55,325 nt of DNA, from positions 1 to 55,325 of IMG/VR virus record IMGVR_UViG_3300017755_000007; one strand, given 5' to 3'. A program made the translations under genes and the position numbers. The stretch's first letter is position 1, and the number at the start of each line of letters is the position of its first letter. The notes beneath the pieces are model-generated. The model was not told the origin of the DNA. It worked only from the letters and a program-made list of their open reading frames with translations, and searched no databases. Positions 11,401 to 19,650 of the stretch are shown here, piece by piece. This stretch comes from a virus. Lineage: Duplodnaviria > Caudoviricetes.

Positions 11401-11512
11401 TTTTAATACGACCAGTATCTAGTTCGACGCCAAATTCGCCTTGAGCAAGGATTGGATTAGCGTTTGCCCACTCTTGAGCTCCACCACGTCTTAATTGAAT
11501 TCTATTTGCCAT
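5486..11512 (-). CDS. Long fibre protein, 2008 aa, with an Mtd_N/hyaluronidase-type N-terminal domain, in the wac (fibritin) position
   Basis: N-terminus RIQLRRG..EW...NPILA.GE.G.E.DT...KIGDG.T.WN.L; beta-helix-like G.L.V repeats; located directly upstream of g13. Confidence 0.8.
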   Translation of the reverse strand: MANRIQLRRGGAQEWANANPILAQGEFGVELDTGRIKIGDGVTAWNTLRYERPIESVSNTANTLVQRDADGNFSAGTITATLIGNAATSSRLASSRQIQLTGDIVGSQIFDGSQNIQITSTLDLISTLPHHDNTATSSATYTKVTVDAKGRITNASNPTTLADYGLNTSIEGTGAQPFDNDLQAIANLTTSGLISRTATNTMATRTITGTATRIAVNDGGGISGNPTIDLIVTPVVLGNYNTESLTSVSGTGSNSEPFGTETVNAVKFTVDGYGRLTSATNVPIATATEGSKYAAYAGGTTYARYDIIEESTGVYQAIASIAAGQGAPTHTDASDAGAWRYLGAATVEQKGLASFAQEDFDVDANGHVTIAAVGVDNTQLQNNRVSFADGNTKEDFELDQELTATTGYRGFNYLNYIKVNDTSGNLLIGANNTGDSGAGELDINVRSYFSDPDITLDGDVNQTLDKTGDGNLTFQLTQNTDTNRNFNILTTNAGAGTSNIIITAEDTVQISASEAAGKVHVEDYRFQTNYLGTTDATMHLDPGDDRAVTGLVRIHGNLQIDGTTTTVNSTQLTVDDVTILLGGDTVPTTDDNLDRGIEFNYYDTQARLGFFGWDTNYSDLAAHAGGYRFLHAATNTSEVFSGTDSGIIAGNLKLTTGTASTTNTTGDLVVAGGVGITGAVNIGDLLDVDSTLRVHSTSRFDDNMVIQGASKTLQLNNGSGTTKIEFQSTTGNGSLAGILDVTGNLNVNTNKFNVVAASGNTTIAGTLGVTDVATFTNNIDANGDVAIAGNIHSESTNDITTAKNGSTGEWEIQSNDYGSLKVDGGAYVAGSALIDGTLHVNGAIEVKDSATETESRLNWLRVRYRGRFGDTYQASPSYASHNFSTVKAHGGAGIMKSLYVGATGSNERFSVGKLNSGDTEKFSVIGATGDTTIEGTLTVNDNVNFNGTLDQDGDFAVRNGTTDKFFVAATSGDTNIEGTLTVDGHTELNSTLNVDNNVTLGAQLTVTGTTEFNNTVDVDANFAVRSGSTDKMTVASSSGNIATDGTLVVQGQTTINDSLIVDAANEVFSVRNGSAVEKFGVDADNGNTNIIGTLTVGDATQVNDTLGVSDVVTFTRNTEQTLTGTYGADGAFRLSGGAGIARNLAVGGAARVYGNTELTGTLDLNNSADISGALVTHDDVTITADNKTFAIQNASAANKFTVDTDNGNTDIRGTLDIGGDVTAESNLTVTGNLTINGTTTTVNSTVTTIDDPIITVGGDTAPTSNDAKDRGVEFRYYDGSAKIGFFGYDRSANQFAFVTDATNSSEVLSGTDGQLRAGSLNLTGSGTSLDVDANANIDGTLTVDGQIISQVASGAALVIPNTTKINNLNADLLDSMTTASTATATTVVARDSNADFAANQITVNNGIGAVAGIQGNATSADALRTARVITIDGVVDGNVSFDGSAAVTITTTYNDPDITALAAMSGTGYVVRTAANTYAQRTLAVTASSGITLTNADGVSGNTTINVASSANNAANNLVLRDGSGDFAAGIITAALVGNVTGQVSDISNHDTGDLSEGSNLYFTNERVDDRIDALFVASTGITKVYDDTAGTYTLSVTQADVNTDNVTEGSTNLFTTAARTRTHFTYGTGIEHDGSGALSVTQADINTDNVTEGSTNIFYTEARFDASLAGKNTANLAEGTNLYYTDARADARIAAADTDDLSEGSTNLYHTSARADARVNLQTGANLDLSSKSTSDLSEGTNQYYTEARVQTKLDNAFAQLQAMLTNLATTTTLTLNLSGDPTPGAAVTTSVTNGGGGGFTAGTAVATTGGTGTSLTVNTTVVGGVITAAAVNAGGSGFLVNETVTVTNANAGKVLSLNLASLAGGSNYVTGTALATTGGSGSASLTVNITASAGAITNVTINDGGTGYVAGETITIVQPTGADGLNPAAGGSVDVATVATNATLQLTDVTTMEVGATVTGATSGTTGVITGLAASAITVDTVDGFFKVGEVVSANDVTTLTVQSFA
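6250..6860 (-). repeat. Six imperfect protein repeats T[DAS][DN][LV].EG(S)[TS]N.[YF].T..R in the fibre
   Basis: TGDLSEGSNLYFTNERV, TDNVTEGSTNLFTTAART, TDNVTEGSTNIFYTEARF, TANLAEGTNLYYTDARA, TDDLSEGSTNLYHTSARA, TSDLSEGTNQYYTEARV. Boundaries approximate. Confidence 0.85.
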
Positions 11513-11548
11513 TTTTTACGACAACTCTAAGAGATTATGCTTCTGAGT

Positions 11549-11555
11549 TATTTAT
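11549..11555 (-). promoter_or_regulatory. T4-type late promoter core (ATAAATA)
   Basis: cATAAATAa in the intergenic gap, about 37 nt upstream of the fibre start and just downstream of a terminator. Confidence 0.75.
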
Positions 11556-11561
11556 GCCATT

Positions 11562-11586
11562 AAAAAGGGGGACGTTGCCCCCCTTT
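11562..11586 (-). terminator. Rho-independent terminator
   Basis: - strand AAA-GGGGGGC-AAC-GTCCCCC-TTTTT directly after the stop of the 76-aa ORF. Confidence 0.85.
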
Positions 11587-11588
11587 GA

Positions 11589-11819
11589 TTAATCTGTTGT
11601 TCCTACTGCAAGATCCTCATCTTCTTCATCTTCTGGCGGTGCAGACTCAGTTTCTGGATTATAGTATTCCAGTGCTTCAATTGCACCTTGAAGTTTCAGT
11701 GCTGTGGATTCATTAGCACGCATTTGTTCTCCAAGTCTTTTATTCTCTTCAATCAATGCAGCGAAACGTTCTTTGAATTGTTGAAGCATTTCGTCTTGAG
11801 AGACTTTTTCAATCGTCAT
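11589..11819 (-). CDS. Small coiled-coil protein with acidic tail, 76 aa
   Basis: ATGA overlap with the upstream ORF; heptad pattern; KLQGAIEAL motif. Confidence 0.8.
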   Translation of the reverse strand: MTIEKVSQDEMLQQFKERFAALIEENKRLGEQMRANESTALKLQGAIEALEYYNPETESAPPEDEEDEDLAVGTTD

Positions 11820-12064
11820 AATGTTTTACTTTGATTTTGGACTAACGTTAGTAAGAGAGATTTAATATCACTCATATCAGATTTTAGATCAGAAACCTCT
11901 TTTTGTAAAGCTCTCTTCTCCATTTCTTCTTGTTGCCTCTTATTGTAAGATGCCATATATTTATCATATTCATCTTGACTACCTTTTAGGATAGCATTGG
12001 AAGAAGGATCTCTATAGACACCCTCCTTCCCTTCAACTGGAATTAAATCTTCAAAATCGTTCAT
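11816..12064 (-). CDS. Small coiled-coil protein, 82 aa
   Basis: Start overlaps the VrlC-like stop (TAATG); VEG..G.YRD..S.AI N-terminus; LKSDMSDIKSLL leucine zipper. Confidence 0.85.
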   Translation of the reverse strand: MNDFEDLIPVEGKEGVYRDPSSNAILKGSQDEYDKYMASYNKRQQEEMEKRALQKEVSDLKSDMSDIKSLLLTLVQNQSKTL

Positions 12065-15000
12065 TAGGTTGCAAGTGCGATAGCGCGAAGGTCTGCGATT
12101 AGTGGGATTCTTGCTTGACTGGTAGATTTCATAACAATCTTAAGTTGGAATGCGTTGAAATTCAAACCACTTACTTCATAGTAATAATCTTTCCAAAGAA
12201 TTTCTTCTGAAGGAGAAGCGTCATATTGTAGTGGTAACGGCATCAAAGTCCAACCAAGAGAATTGATATCATCATTTGTACCAGTGCTAAATGCTCTGTA
12301 GTAAATTCTAACCTCTGCTTCTGGTGGTCGTGACATTTGGAAGTCGACTCTCAGAGATCTAGATTCTCTAATCAGTCTAGCAAGTCTTGTAATATATACA
12401 CAATCATTCTGATCACCGAAAGGTAATGTAGAAACATCTTGTGTGCGATCAATCTGACCTTGCTGTCCATAAGGTGATGGACCACCAGGCCAATTATTGA
12501 TTCTATTACTTGTAGTAATTAGTGAGCATCTATCAAGGTCAACAACTGGAGAAAGAGTTGACTTTGTAGTAGAAAGATCAATGGCCATTGTTAATGATTT
12601 TTGACCATCCAGTTTTGCCAATTCATTTACTTCAGAACAAATCAGTTTGGGATTTGGGAAGAAATTTAGATCATTAATAGTAATAGTTTGATAAGAACCA
12701 TCATTAACAAAAGAGTTTTGGTCGCGAGGTGTAGATCCACCTTCACCACCACCATCACCAACAGAGGTTCCTGTTGTAGTATTAATCCTAGAAGTGATAG
12801 TAGTTTCAGGCATATTCATGACAGAAATCGTTGGCGTCAATGTTTCAAACTGAGTATTTTGTGTTGCAAATACTCTATTGCCACCTGCACGAATACCACT
12901 ATTAGCAACACCTGCCATTTGAAGCATATAAGTATCCATCCAAGGACATTCAAGACTTGTATGAGTCTTATTAATATCGATTAGGGGAATACCGTCAAGA
13001 TTATAACACTCAACAACAGCACCAGATGAATGTGTTACATCTGATGTTCCATTAGAACCTCTTCCAGAAGTAGCAACAGTAATTGTTTTACCATCAGAAG
13101 AAATGGCAGAGTATTTAATAATTTCATTATCAACTTTGACATAACCAGGATTGGCATCACTAATTGCTGCACCATTGACAACTTTGTGGAAGGTTGATGA
13201 ATCAGTTACTGACAAACTAGTAGCAGCTGCTGCTAGAGCACTAGTGAGAGATGATGGAGAAACTTCAGAAACTACACCTTCAATCTTCACATTATTTTGT
13301 CTACTATGCATACCATGATTTCTATGGTAGATGAGAATTTCTTGCTCATCATTTGCATAATTAGGTGCTGAAGAAAGATATGCACCAAAGGAATCACCAC
13401 TTTCTAAACAGGATGTAACTGTTCCAGTCCAACCACCAGTCTCACTCACACTTTCAGTATCTGTAAATGCACCAGTGATATAGTGAAGAACCAGATTGGC
13501 AGAACCATCCCAAGTCTTAACAATACCAATAGATCCAGAAGTTGCACCAGTAACAATATCACCAACTTCTAGTGTTCCAGTGGCACTACCTACAACCATA
13601 GTTGCAAGTGCCTCAGAGGATCTTAATAAGAAAGTAGTAGTTGTTCCTTGCAACCAATTACCAGAAACGTCGTTTACAGTAATCTTATCAATTACAGAAC
13701 CTGAAGTAGTAGAACTAACAACAGTTGCTTGTGCATTTGATGTTTGCTGAAGTAAACGAGCACCTTGACTAAAGGTGAATTGATCGGCAGCTAAACCAGC
13801 ACTAAGAACAAGTTTTGGTTTAATAGTTTGAATTGGATTATCAATTAATCTATGAACTCCGTTATTACCCCTACCTTGAGGAGTATTATTGAGAACAACC
13901 GTTCCCTGAGTTTGATTAAAGTTCGCACGATAAATCGTAAACTTCAAATCTTCATACTGGTCAGCAGTCCATGTAGATGCGTTCTGAGACTTAAACAGAA
14001 CACCAGCATATGGTTGCTCAGAGATTGTTCTAGTTCCAGTTACATCAACGTCTCCCATTCTAGAGATCCAAACTTGATATTCGTTTGAGTCCGATAAGAG
14101 AACAAAGCAATATTCAACAGACGCCTTAATATAAACAGGTGCTCTAAATGTGAACCTAGTAGGAACTGCAGCACTTGTAGAAATATCAATTGTATCTGGA
14201 GTAATTGTAACATCAGAGAAGGGTAGAATAGTCTTTGTTGGATAACCATTCTCCATAGTACGAATCTGCATAGAGATTGGAATATTTGTATCTTTAGTAT
14301 TAAAGAATACATCTACACCACTCAAGAACATACCACCTTCTTCTTCAACGATAAATGATTGTGCAAGAGGGTCATACCAACCGATCTGCCTTTCCTCTAC
14401 CCTAGTTGTTTGGACAACTCTATCTTCAGAAACAGTATCTCTAACCAGTTCGGCATTACGAACCGCCAAAACATTTTCCTGGACCGTTTGAAGTGTACCA
14501 GTTGCAGAATAAGTTGTATCTGCAGATGAATCGACCGTACCAGGTGCCTTACTATTTTCGTCTGATGTTGTGAATCTAAAGGTTCTTGTGCCAGTTGCCC
14601 AACGTGGATTTGCATCATTCTTTGGAGAAGGAATGAACAAACAACCTTGAAGATTACCAACGTTATCTGTTAATAAACGACGATCTTGAACGACTGCAAC
14701 TGCACCAGAAGTTTGTCCAGTTAAGAGTTCTCCAACCTGAATATTACCAAAGTAATCTGGAGATACAGTCTCCGAAATTGCAGATATATCATGATTCAGA
14801 TATGCAGTTTGAGAGGAGTATGATGTGGGAAGTACTTCTGTACCTTTACCATAAGGATTAGTCTTAAGACCATCATCAGGAGCAACAACTTTTAATTGAG
14901 CACCAGAATTAGAACCAATAACAGTCTCACCCACAACGAAAGGAGTTTCGTTAGTTCTAGAATCAGTTGTAGAGTTTTTGATAATTTCAATAACTTTAGG

Positions 15001-18000
15001 GGTGATATAAGTAGTTACATCGACTCCATCAAAGAATGCATACATTCTTGTGCGTGGTTTCATACGATCAACATTGAAACCAATATTACGTGAACGAATC
15101 CAAGGAATAGCACTTCTAGAAAGAACAGTATCACCTAAAGATCTACGCTCAATCTTAGGAACAACTCTTGTACGGACACCTTGACGTGCCTGATTGTTAA
15201 CAACACGGAAGGTTGTGCGCTCATGTAGATAGAAAAGTCCTTGTCTACGCTGACCATGACCAGCACGACCTAACTGACGACCAACACCATATGTACCTGA
15301 TTGCGATGTTGCTTGAGATGATGACAATGTAGTTTCACCAGTCCAGTTTGTCTGCCAAGATCCCCACTGAATAGGAGCAAAACCATCTTGATCAACTTGC
15401 ATATCTGCAGATACTGATGAGAAATCCCCTTCAATATTTTCTACCCTAGCTGGCATACGATCAGTATCGATCCAATCATCTGATGCAGGTGTTAAATCAA
15501 TACGACCAATAAATGTAAATACGTTGAATGGGTTTACATTTTCAGTCCTAGAAGCATATGGTTGTGTGACGATTGCTACATCATCGTAAGGAAGCATCAG
15601 GACATTTCCTTCAGTCTTAACGATATTTGTAGAATCTTCTTCATTATATTGAAGAGCAACATTAGTAGTGTAATGTTGAGCGCGTAACTGACCCTCTTTA
15701 AAGTCAAGGGAGCATTTATAATCAGGACTAAAGACAGCACCAGTAGTATGATCAGTAAAGTCATCTACTACATAACCATTCTTAAGTCTATCAAAACCAT
15801 TTTCATCGTAGGTTTTTGTATTTTCTGCTTGCGATTCAAGTAAAGATAGGGATGTATAATATTCTACATGAGTTAGTCTGGTTTCCAGATCACCAATGTC
15901 CTTCATTGTATATCGTCTAATCACTTCAGTAGTGATAAGAACATCCCTTTCTGGATCAAACACATATGGTTTGTATTCAATTGATGCTAAGAGCATCGCA
16001 TTTTCAACTTTTGGAGGGGGAATCAAGAAATATCCCGAAACACCTTTACTTACAATTAGTTTGCCGTCATGAGAGAGATATAATTTATCAATTCTAGGAA
16101 GATACCACGAATAGTCGCACCTGAATGAAGAATCGACTTCCATGATATCAAAGATAGTGGCACCACCACTACCACCTGTTGTATTAAAGACCCTAGAAAC
16201 AAAGTCAAAAGTTGTACAATTTACAAAGAATGGAGCACTAACAGTTCCACTACCATTTCTCAGTTCTTGAACAGCAGGACGGAAATCAATTTGATCTCTA
16301 ATATACTTAATAGAACCATCCAACTTGTAGTTTGGAATTTCTTTATATGAAATGCCACTATATGACTCGGCAGAGAAATAATCACCAGATGCTTCATGAC
16401 TTAGATAGTCAAAAATAACAAGTAGTCTTCTCGTGGGTGCAACTGTAGAGGGGAGACGAACGAGTTTAGAAACATCATAGAAGTTAGTTCTTTGACCAGA
16501 TTCAAGACTGAACTGATCTGTGATAACTTTACTTCCAACAAATGTAGAATCTTCGCCATCATCGATGATACCAGTAACTGCAGTACCAGCAGTATTAAAT
16601 CCATTAACAGTCTCACCAGTAAGGAAAGGAATTTCATTCAATCCAACATAGTATAGTTTTAAATCTGAGTTGGAGAAAGAGATAACTCGTCCTCTTGCAC
16701 CAGATGTTTTACCGATAATGAGAGTACTTGCAGCAAAGAATACAGACTCTGTTAGGACAACGTATGGAGACGATGCGTCATTCTCATTAAATGATTCATA
16801 AATTGCATGAACTTGGTAAACATCATTTACACCAAAAGAAATGTCTTGATCTTGGACTCTAGTTCCATACAAAGAACTATAGAGCAATCCTGTAGGTTGT
16901 TCAACTAAGTCTTCCTCCGATTTGAAGACTTTAAGTGCCTTCATCTTAGATGCGGTTTTAATCTTTTTAGTTACTGTGTTCTTAGAAACAAGTGCCGTCA
17001 GAGTAACAGTTGCAACACTACCAAGACCACCAATAGATAGAGATTGGTTACCAGAACCAAAAGTTACAGTTAAAGCACCAAGGTCAACTTCGGCATCAAG
17101 ATTGACGTTCTGACCATTTGAATACACACCAGAACCACCATTAGCGATAATGGTAAGGATATAGTTGTCACTAGACAACGCACCAAAAGATTCTGTTTCT
17201 GGTAAAGTAAAGGTGATAGCACCAGTTGTTACAGTTTTTGATGCAAAGTTTCTATAAACAAAGAACGATTCGTCATCCAAAGACTTCATTGTGTCTTCTG
17301 GAAGGTCAAAAGAAAGTTCTCCGTTTTGATAATCTTTTTGGAAAATGAATGGACGTAATCTAACCAATTCTCCATACTGACCATCATTAACAGTACCAAC
17401 TTTTAAAGTACTATCAATTCTTGCAATTTGATTTGCAAAATCAAAAATCTCACTACTTGAAGGAACAGTAGATTTTTTATTAAGTGCTGTAGTTGCAATA
17501 GCAGCAGGATCAACTCTCAAAACACGATGGGTGTTTGTTCCTTCAAGGTCAGAAAGTGTCGGAGTAACGACATCACCAGGTCTCAAATCTTTTTCAAATC
17601 TTGTACGGAAACCAGTAATATCGTTATTACCAATAGTAGCAACATCAAAAGTTGCATTACCACCACCACCTGAAATTGTAATAGTTTCGTCAACTGCATA
17701 TCCAGTACCAGCAGCATTGATAGTTACTGCAGTAACAGCACCTGCACTCGCTGTAATATCTACAGTTAGACTAGAACCCCCGCCACCAGTTGTAGCAACA
17801 CCTGTAGCAGTTGTATATCCAGTACCACCAACAATGGTGTCTACAGTAAGAACATCACCTTGAGTCTGGTCAATATTAACTGTGGAGGACTCAATAGGTC
17901 GGGAATCATTTAAAATCCAATTTGCGCCAAATCTAATATTACTAGATCCATCTTTACCAAAGGAAGATTTTGCATCAGTTAATTTATAACTGTGTGCTGC

Positions 18001-19650
18001 TTCCAGAGTACCAACATCTCTACCATTAATATCAAGGATTTCACCATTAGAGAAAACACCAGACACATGCTCAAGATAAATGTAATGTGACCCATTACCA
18101 GTATCCGCAATATATCCTGTAGCACCAGATGTTTTACCAGTAACTCTAGTTCCAGAAACATATGGAGTAACTGCATTAGCGATGTTTAACACCGTAAACA
18201 TCTGAGCATCGAAGAACCAAAGATCATAAACACCATCAGCAATTGACGGTTCAATTCCGAACGGTGATGTTGCTGCTAAAGCAGTGCTAGATTTTTGTAA
18301 TTGAATAACTCTACATCTACCGATTCTATTAGCACCAGTTTTTACTGCATTAGTTACATTTGGTTCCCAATCGTCATACAGATCAAGAATCTGATATGCA
18401 TCACTTACACCATCACCAGAAACTTCTGGCCATCCATATACATCATACACTTTGATAAAGTTGCCAAGATTGAAGTTGACAATACCATTCTGGCGTTTTT
18501 CAAAATCTCTTGGTTTATCTACATCAACATATTGAGGTGAAATAAACTCACTTCTATAACCTCTAATATATGCCTTACCAGGACTAACTTCAATTGCTAA
18601 TTTACTATCAGTTGCTTCAAATCCTTGAGCAGATGTTTGTCCCTGTTGATAAACACCATTATTAAATCCATCATTAAGATGCTCACGCATCGTAACATCA
18701 AATGTGTCAATTACATAATCACCAGACTCCTCGTAAGTACGACGAGCCATAGATTTTTCTAACTCACTATATTCAGTTCTTTCAACAAAACTTTCAACTC
18801 TACTATTATTAATTCTTAGTAATTCAATAAAATTCTTATCTGCTTCATCCGAAATCAGTCTCTTAACAAACTGAGTTTGAATTTTAAATCTATGAGCACC
18901 TGGAGCAGAGTAATTAGAAGTTCCTGCAGCATTATCATTTAGAGATTCGTCATCTTCTGGAGTGACAATAGACTCAAGAATATCGAGACCAACCCTATAA
19001 GAAGGAGTGTTTGTGTACTGATCAAGAATGATATAAGAAGATGGTACATTCACAAAATGACCACGGATATAATATACACCTTCACTAATATAAGCAGTAG
19101 ATCCAATTGCAGTGGCATTAACAGGAAGGAGTTGTGCAAAGGGAGTACCAATTTCAATCAGAGTTGAACCAAAAGTAATCTCACTATCTGTAATTAACTG
19201 TTCATTAATCTGGAACGTCTTTAGACCTGTTTCAGATGTTGTATCTCCAGAATCAATATACTTAACATATAAAGTGATATAACTTCTTTCCGATTCTGTA
19301 GCAGAGATACTGTATAGAACTTTTGCTCTGACACCTGTGGTCAGTCCTTCAATAATAGTTCCTGTTAATTGACTTCTATAAGTCTCAACATCACTACCTA
19401 AAAAAGATTCTTGTAGTAAAACTGCTTGAACATCCAAGTCATAACCCACTTGGCCAGGAATGACCATCGCCCCATCTTTGAACAGATGAGTTCCAACAGA
19501 CTCTACTTGATTTTGCAGAATACTCTGCATTGTGCTAAGTTCTCTCGCCTGAATTGGAAATCCAGGTCGGAATAGCACCCTATAAAAATTATTATCCTTA
19601 TCGAAGTCGTCGTAATAAGGGGTGACGTTTAGATTTGTGTTTTGTGCCAT
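12064..19650 (-). CDS. Large virion structural protein, VrlC/DUF4815-like, 2528 aa
   Basis: TNLNV.PYYDDFD...FYRVLF.PG..IQARE, APGAHR, RRYTM.DIG.LE.R, DPLAQSF and LFKSQNASTW motifs; follows g8. Confidence 0.88.
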   Translation of the reverse strand: MAQNTNLNVTPYYDDFDKDNNFYRVLFRPGFPIQARELSTMQSILQNQVESVGTHLFKDGAMVIPGQVGYDLDVQAVLLQESFLGSDVETYRSQLTGTIIEGLTTGVRAKVLYSISATESERSYITLYVKYIDSGDTTSETGLKTFQINEQLITDSEITFGSTLIEIGTPFAQLLPVNATAIGSTAYISEGVYYIRGHFVNVPSSYIILDQYTNTPSYRVGLDILESIVTPEDDESLNDNAAGTSNYSAPGAHRFKIQTQFVKRLISDEADKNFIELLRINNSRVESFVERTEYSELEKSMARRTYEESGDYVIDTFDVTMREHLNDGFNNGVYQQGQTSAQGFEATDSKLAIEVSPGKAYIRGYRSEFISPQYVDVDKPRDFEKRQNGIVNFNLGNFIKVYDVYGWPEVSGDGVSDAYQILDLYDDWEPNVTNAVKTGANRIGRCRVIQLQKSSTALAATSPFGIEPSIADGVYDLWFFDAQMFTVLNIANAVTPYVSGTRVTGKTSGATGYIADTGNGSHYIYLEHVSGVFSNGEILDINGRDVGTLEAAHSYKLTDAKSSFGKDGSSNIRFGANWILNDSRPIESSTVNIDQTQGDVLTVDTIVGGTGYTTATGVATTGGGGSSLTVDITASAGAVTAVTINAAGTGYAVDETITISGGGGNATFDVATIGNNDITGFRTRFEKDLRPGDVVTPTLSDLEGTNTHRVLRVDPAAIATTALNKKSTVPSSSEIFDFANQIARIDSTLKVGTVNDGQYGELVRLRPFIFQKDYQNGELSFDLPEDTMKSLDDESFFVYRNFASKTVTTGAITFTLPETESFGALSSDNYILTIIANGGSGVYSNGQNVNLDAEVDLGALTVTFGSGNQSLSIGGLGSVATVTLTALVSKNTVTKKIKTASKMKALKVFKSEEDLVEQPTGLLYSSLYGTRVQDQDISFGVNDVYQVHAIYESFNENDASSPYVVLTESVFFAASTLIIGKTSGARGRVISFSNSDLKLYYVGLNEIPFLTGETVNGFNTAGTAVTGIIDDGEDSTFVGSKVITDQFSLESGQRTNFYDVSKLVRLPSTVAPTRRLLVIFDYLSHEASGDYFSAESYSGISYKEIPNYKLDGSIKYIRDQIDFRPAVQELRNGSGTVSAPFFVNCTTFDFVSRVFNTTGGSGGATIFDIMEVDSSFRCDYSWYLPRIDKLYLSHDGKLIVSKGVSGYFLIPPPKVENAMLLASIEYKPYVFDPERDVLITTEVIRRYTMKDIGDLETRLTHVEYYTSLSLLESQAENTKTYDENGFDRLKNGYVVDDFTDHTTGAVFSPDYKCSLDFKEGQLRAQHYTTNVALQYNEEDSTNIVKTEGNVLMLPYDDVAIVTQPYASRTENVNPFNVFTFIGRIDLTPASDDWIDTDRMPARVENIEGDFSSVSADMQVDQDGFAPIQWGSWQTNWTGETTLSSSQATSQSGTYGVGRQLGRAGHGQRRQGLFYLHERTTFRVVNNQARQGVRTRVVPKIERRSLGDTVLSRSAIPWIRSRNIGFNVDRMKPRTRMYAFFDGVDVTTYITPKVIEIIKNSTTDSRTNETPFVVGETVIGSNSGAQLKVVAPDDGLKTNPYGKGTEVLPTSYSSQTAYLNHDISAISETVSPDYFGNIQVGELLTGQTSGAVAVVQDRRLLTDNVGNLQGCLFIPSPKNDANPRWATGTRTFRFTTSDENSKAPGTVDSSADTTYSATGTLQTVQENVLAVRNAELVRDTVSEDRVVQTTRVEERQIGWYDPLAQSFIVEEEGGMFLSGVDVFFNTKDTNIPISMQIRTMENGYPTKTILPFSDVTITPDTIDISTSAAVPTRFTFRAPVYIKASVEYCFVLLSDSNEYQVWISRMGDVDVTGTRTISEQPYAGVLFKSQNASTWTADQYEDLKFTIYRANFNQTQGTVVLNNTPQGRGNNGVHRLIDNPIQTIKPKLVLSAGLAADQFTFSQGARLLQQTSNAQATVVSSTTSGSVIDKITVNDVSGNWLQGTTTTFLLRSSEALATMVVGSATGTLEVGDIVTGATSGSIGIVKTWDGSANLVLHYITGAFTDTESVSETGGWTGTVTSCLESGDSFGAYLSSAPNYANDEQEILIYHRNHGMHSRQNNVKIEGVVSEVSPSSLTSALAAAATSLSVTDSSTFHKVVNGAAISDANPGYVKVDNEIIKYSAISSDGKTITVATSGRGSNGTSDVTHSSGAVVECYNLDGIPLIDINKTHTSLECPWMDTYMLQMAGVANSGIRAGGNRVFATQNTQFETLTPTISVMNMPETTITSRINTTTGTSVGDGGGEGGSTPRDQNSFVNDGSYQTITINDLNFFPNPKLICSEVNELAKLDGQKSLTMAIDLSTTKSTLSPVVDLDRCSLITTSNRINNWPGGPSPYGQQGQIDRTQDVSTLPFGDQNDCVYITRLARLIRESRSLRVDFQMSRPPEAEVRIYYRAFSTGTNDDINSLGWTLMPLPLQYDASPSEEILWKDYYYEVSGLNFNAFQLKIVMKSTSQARIPLIADLRAIALAT

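Noticed and set aside
11360-11512. Diversity-generating retroelement suggested by the Mtd_N-like domain
   Set aside because: No reverse transcriptase, no visible template/variable repeat pair and no C-type-lectin-like C-terminus in the window. This N-terminal domain is a general fibre attachment module.
11589-12064. Programmed frameshift or tail-chaperone pair
   Set aside because: The ATGA and TAATG overlaps are ordinary translational coupling, and I saw no convincing slippery site.
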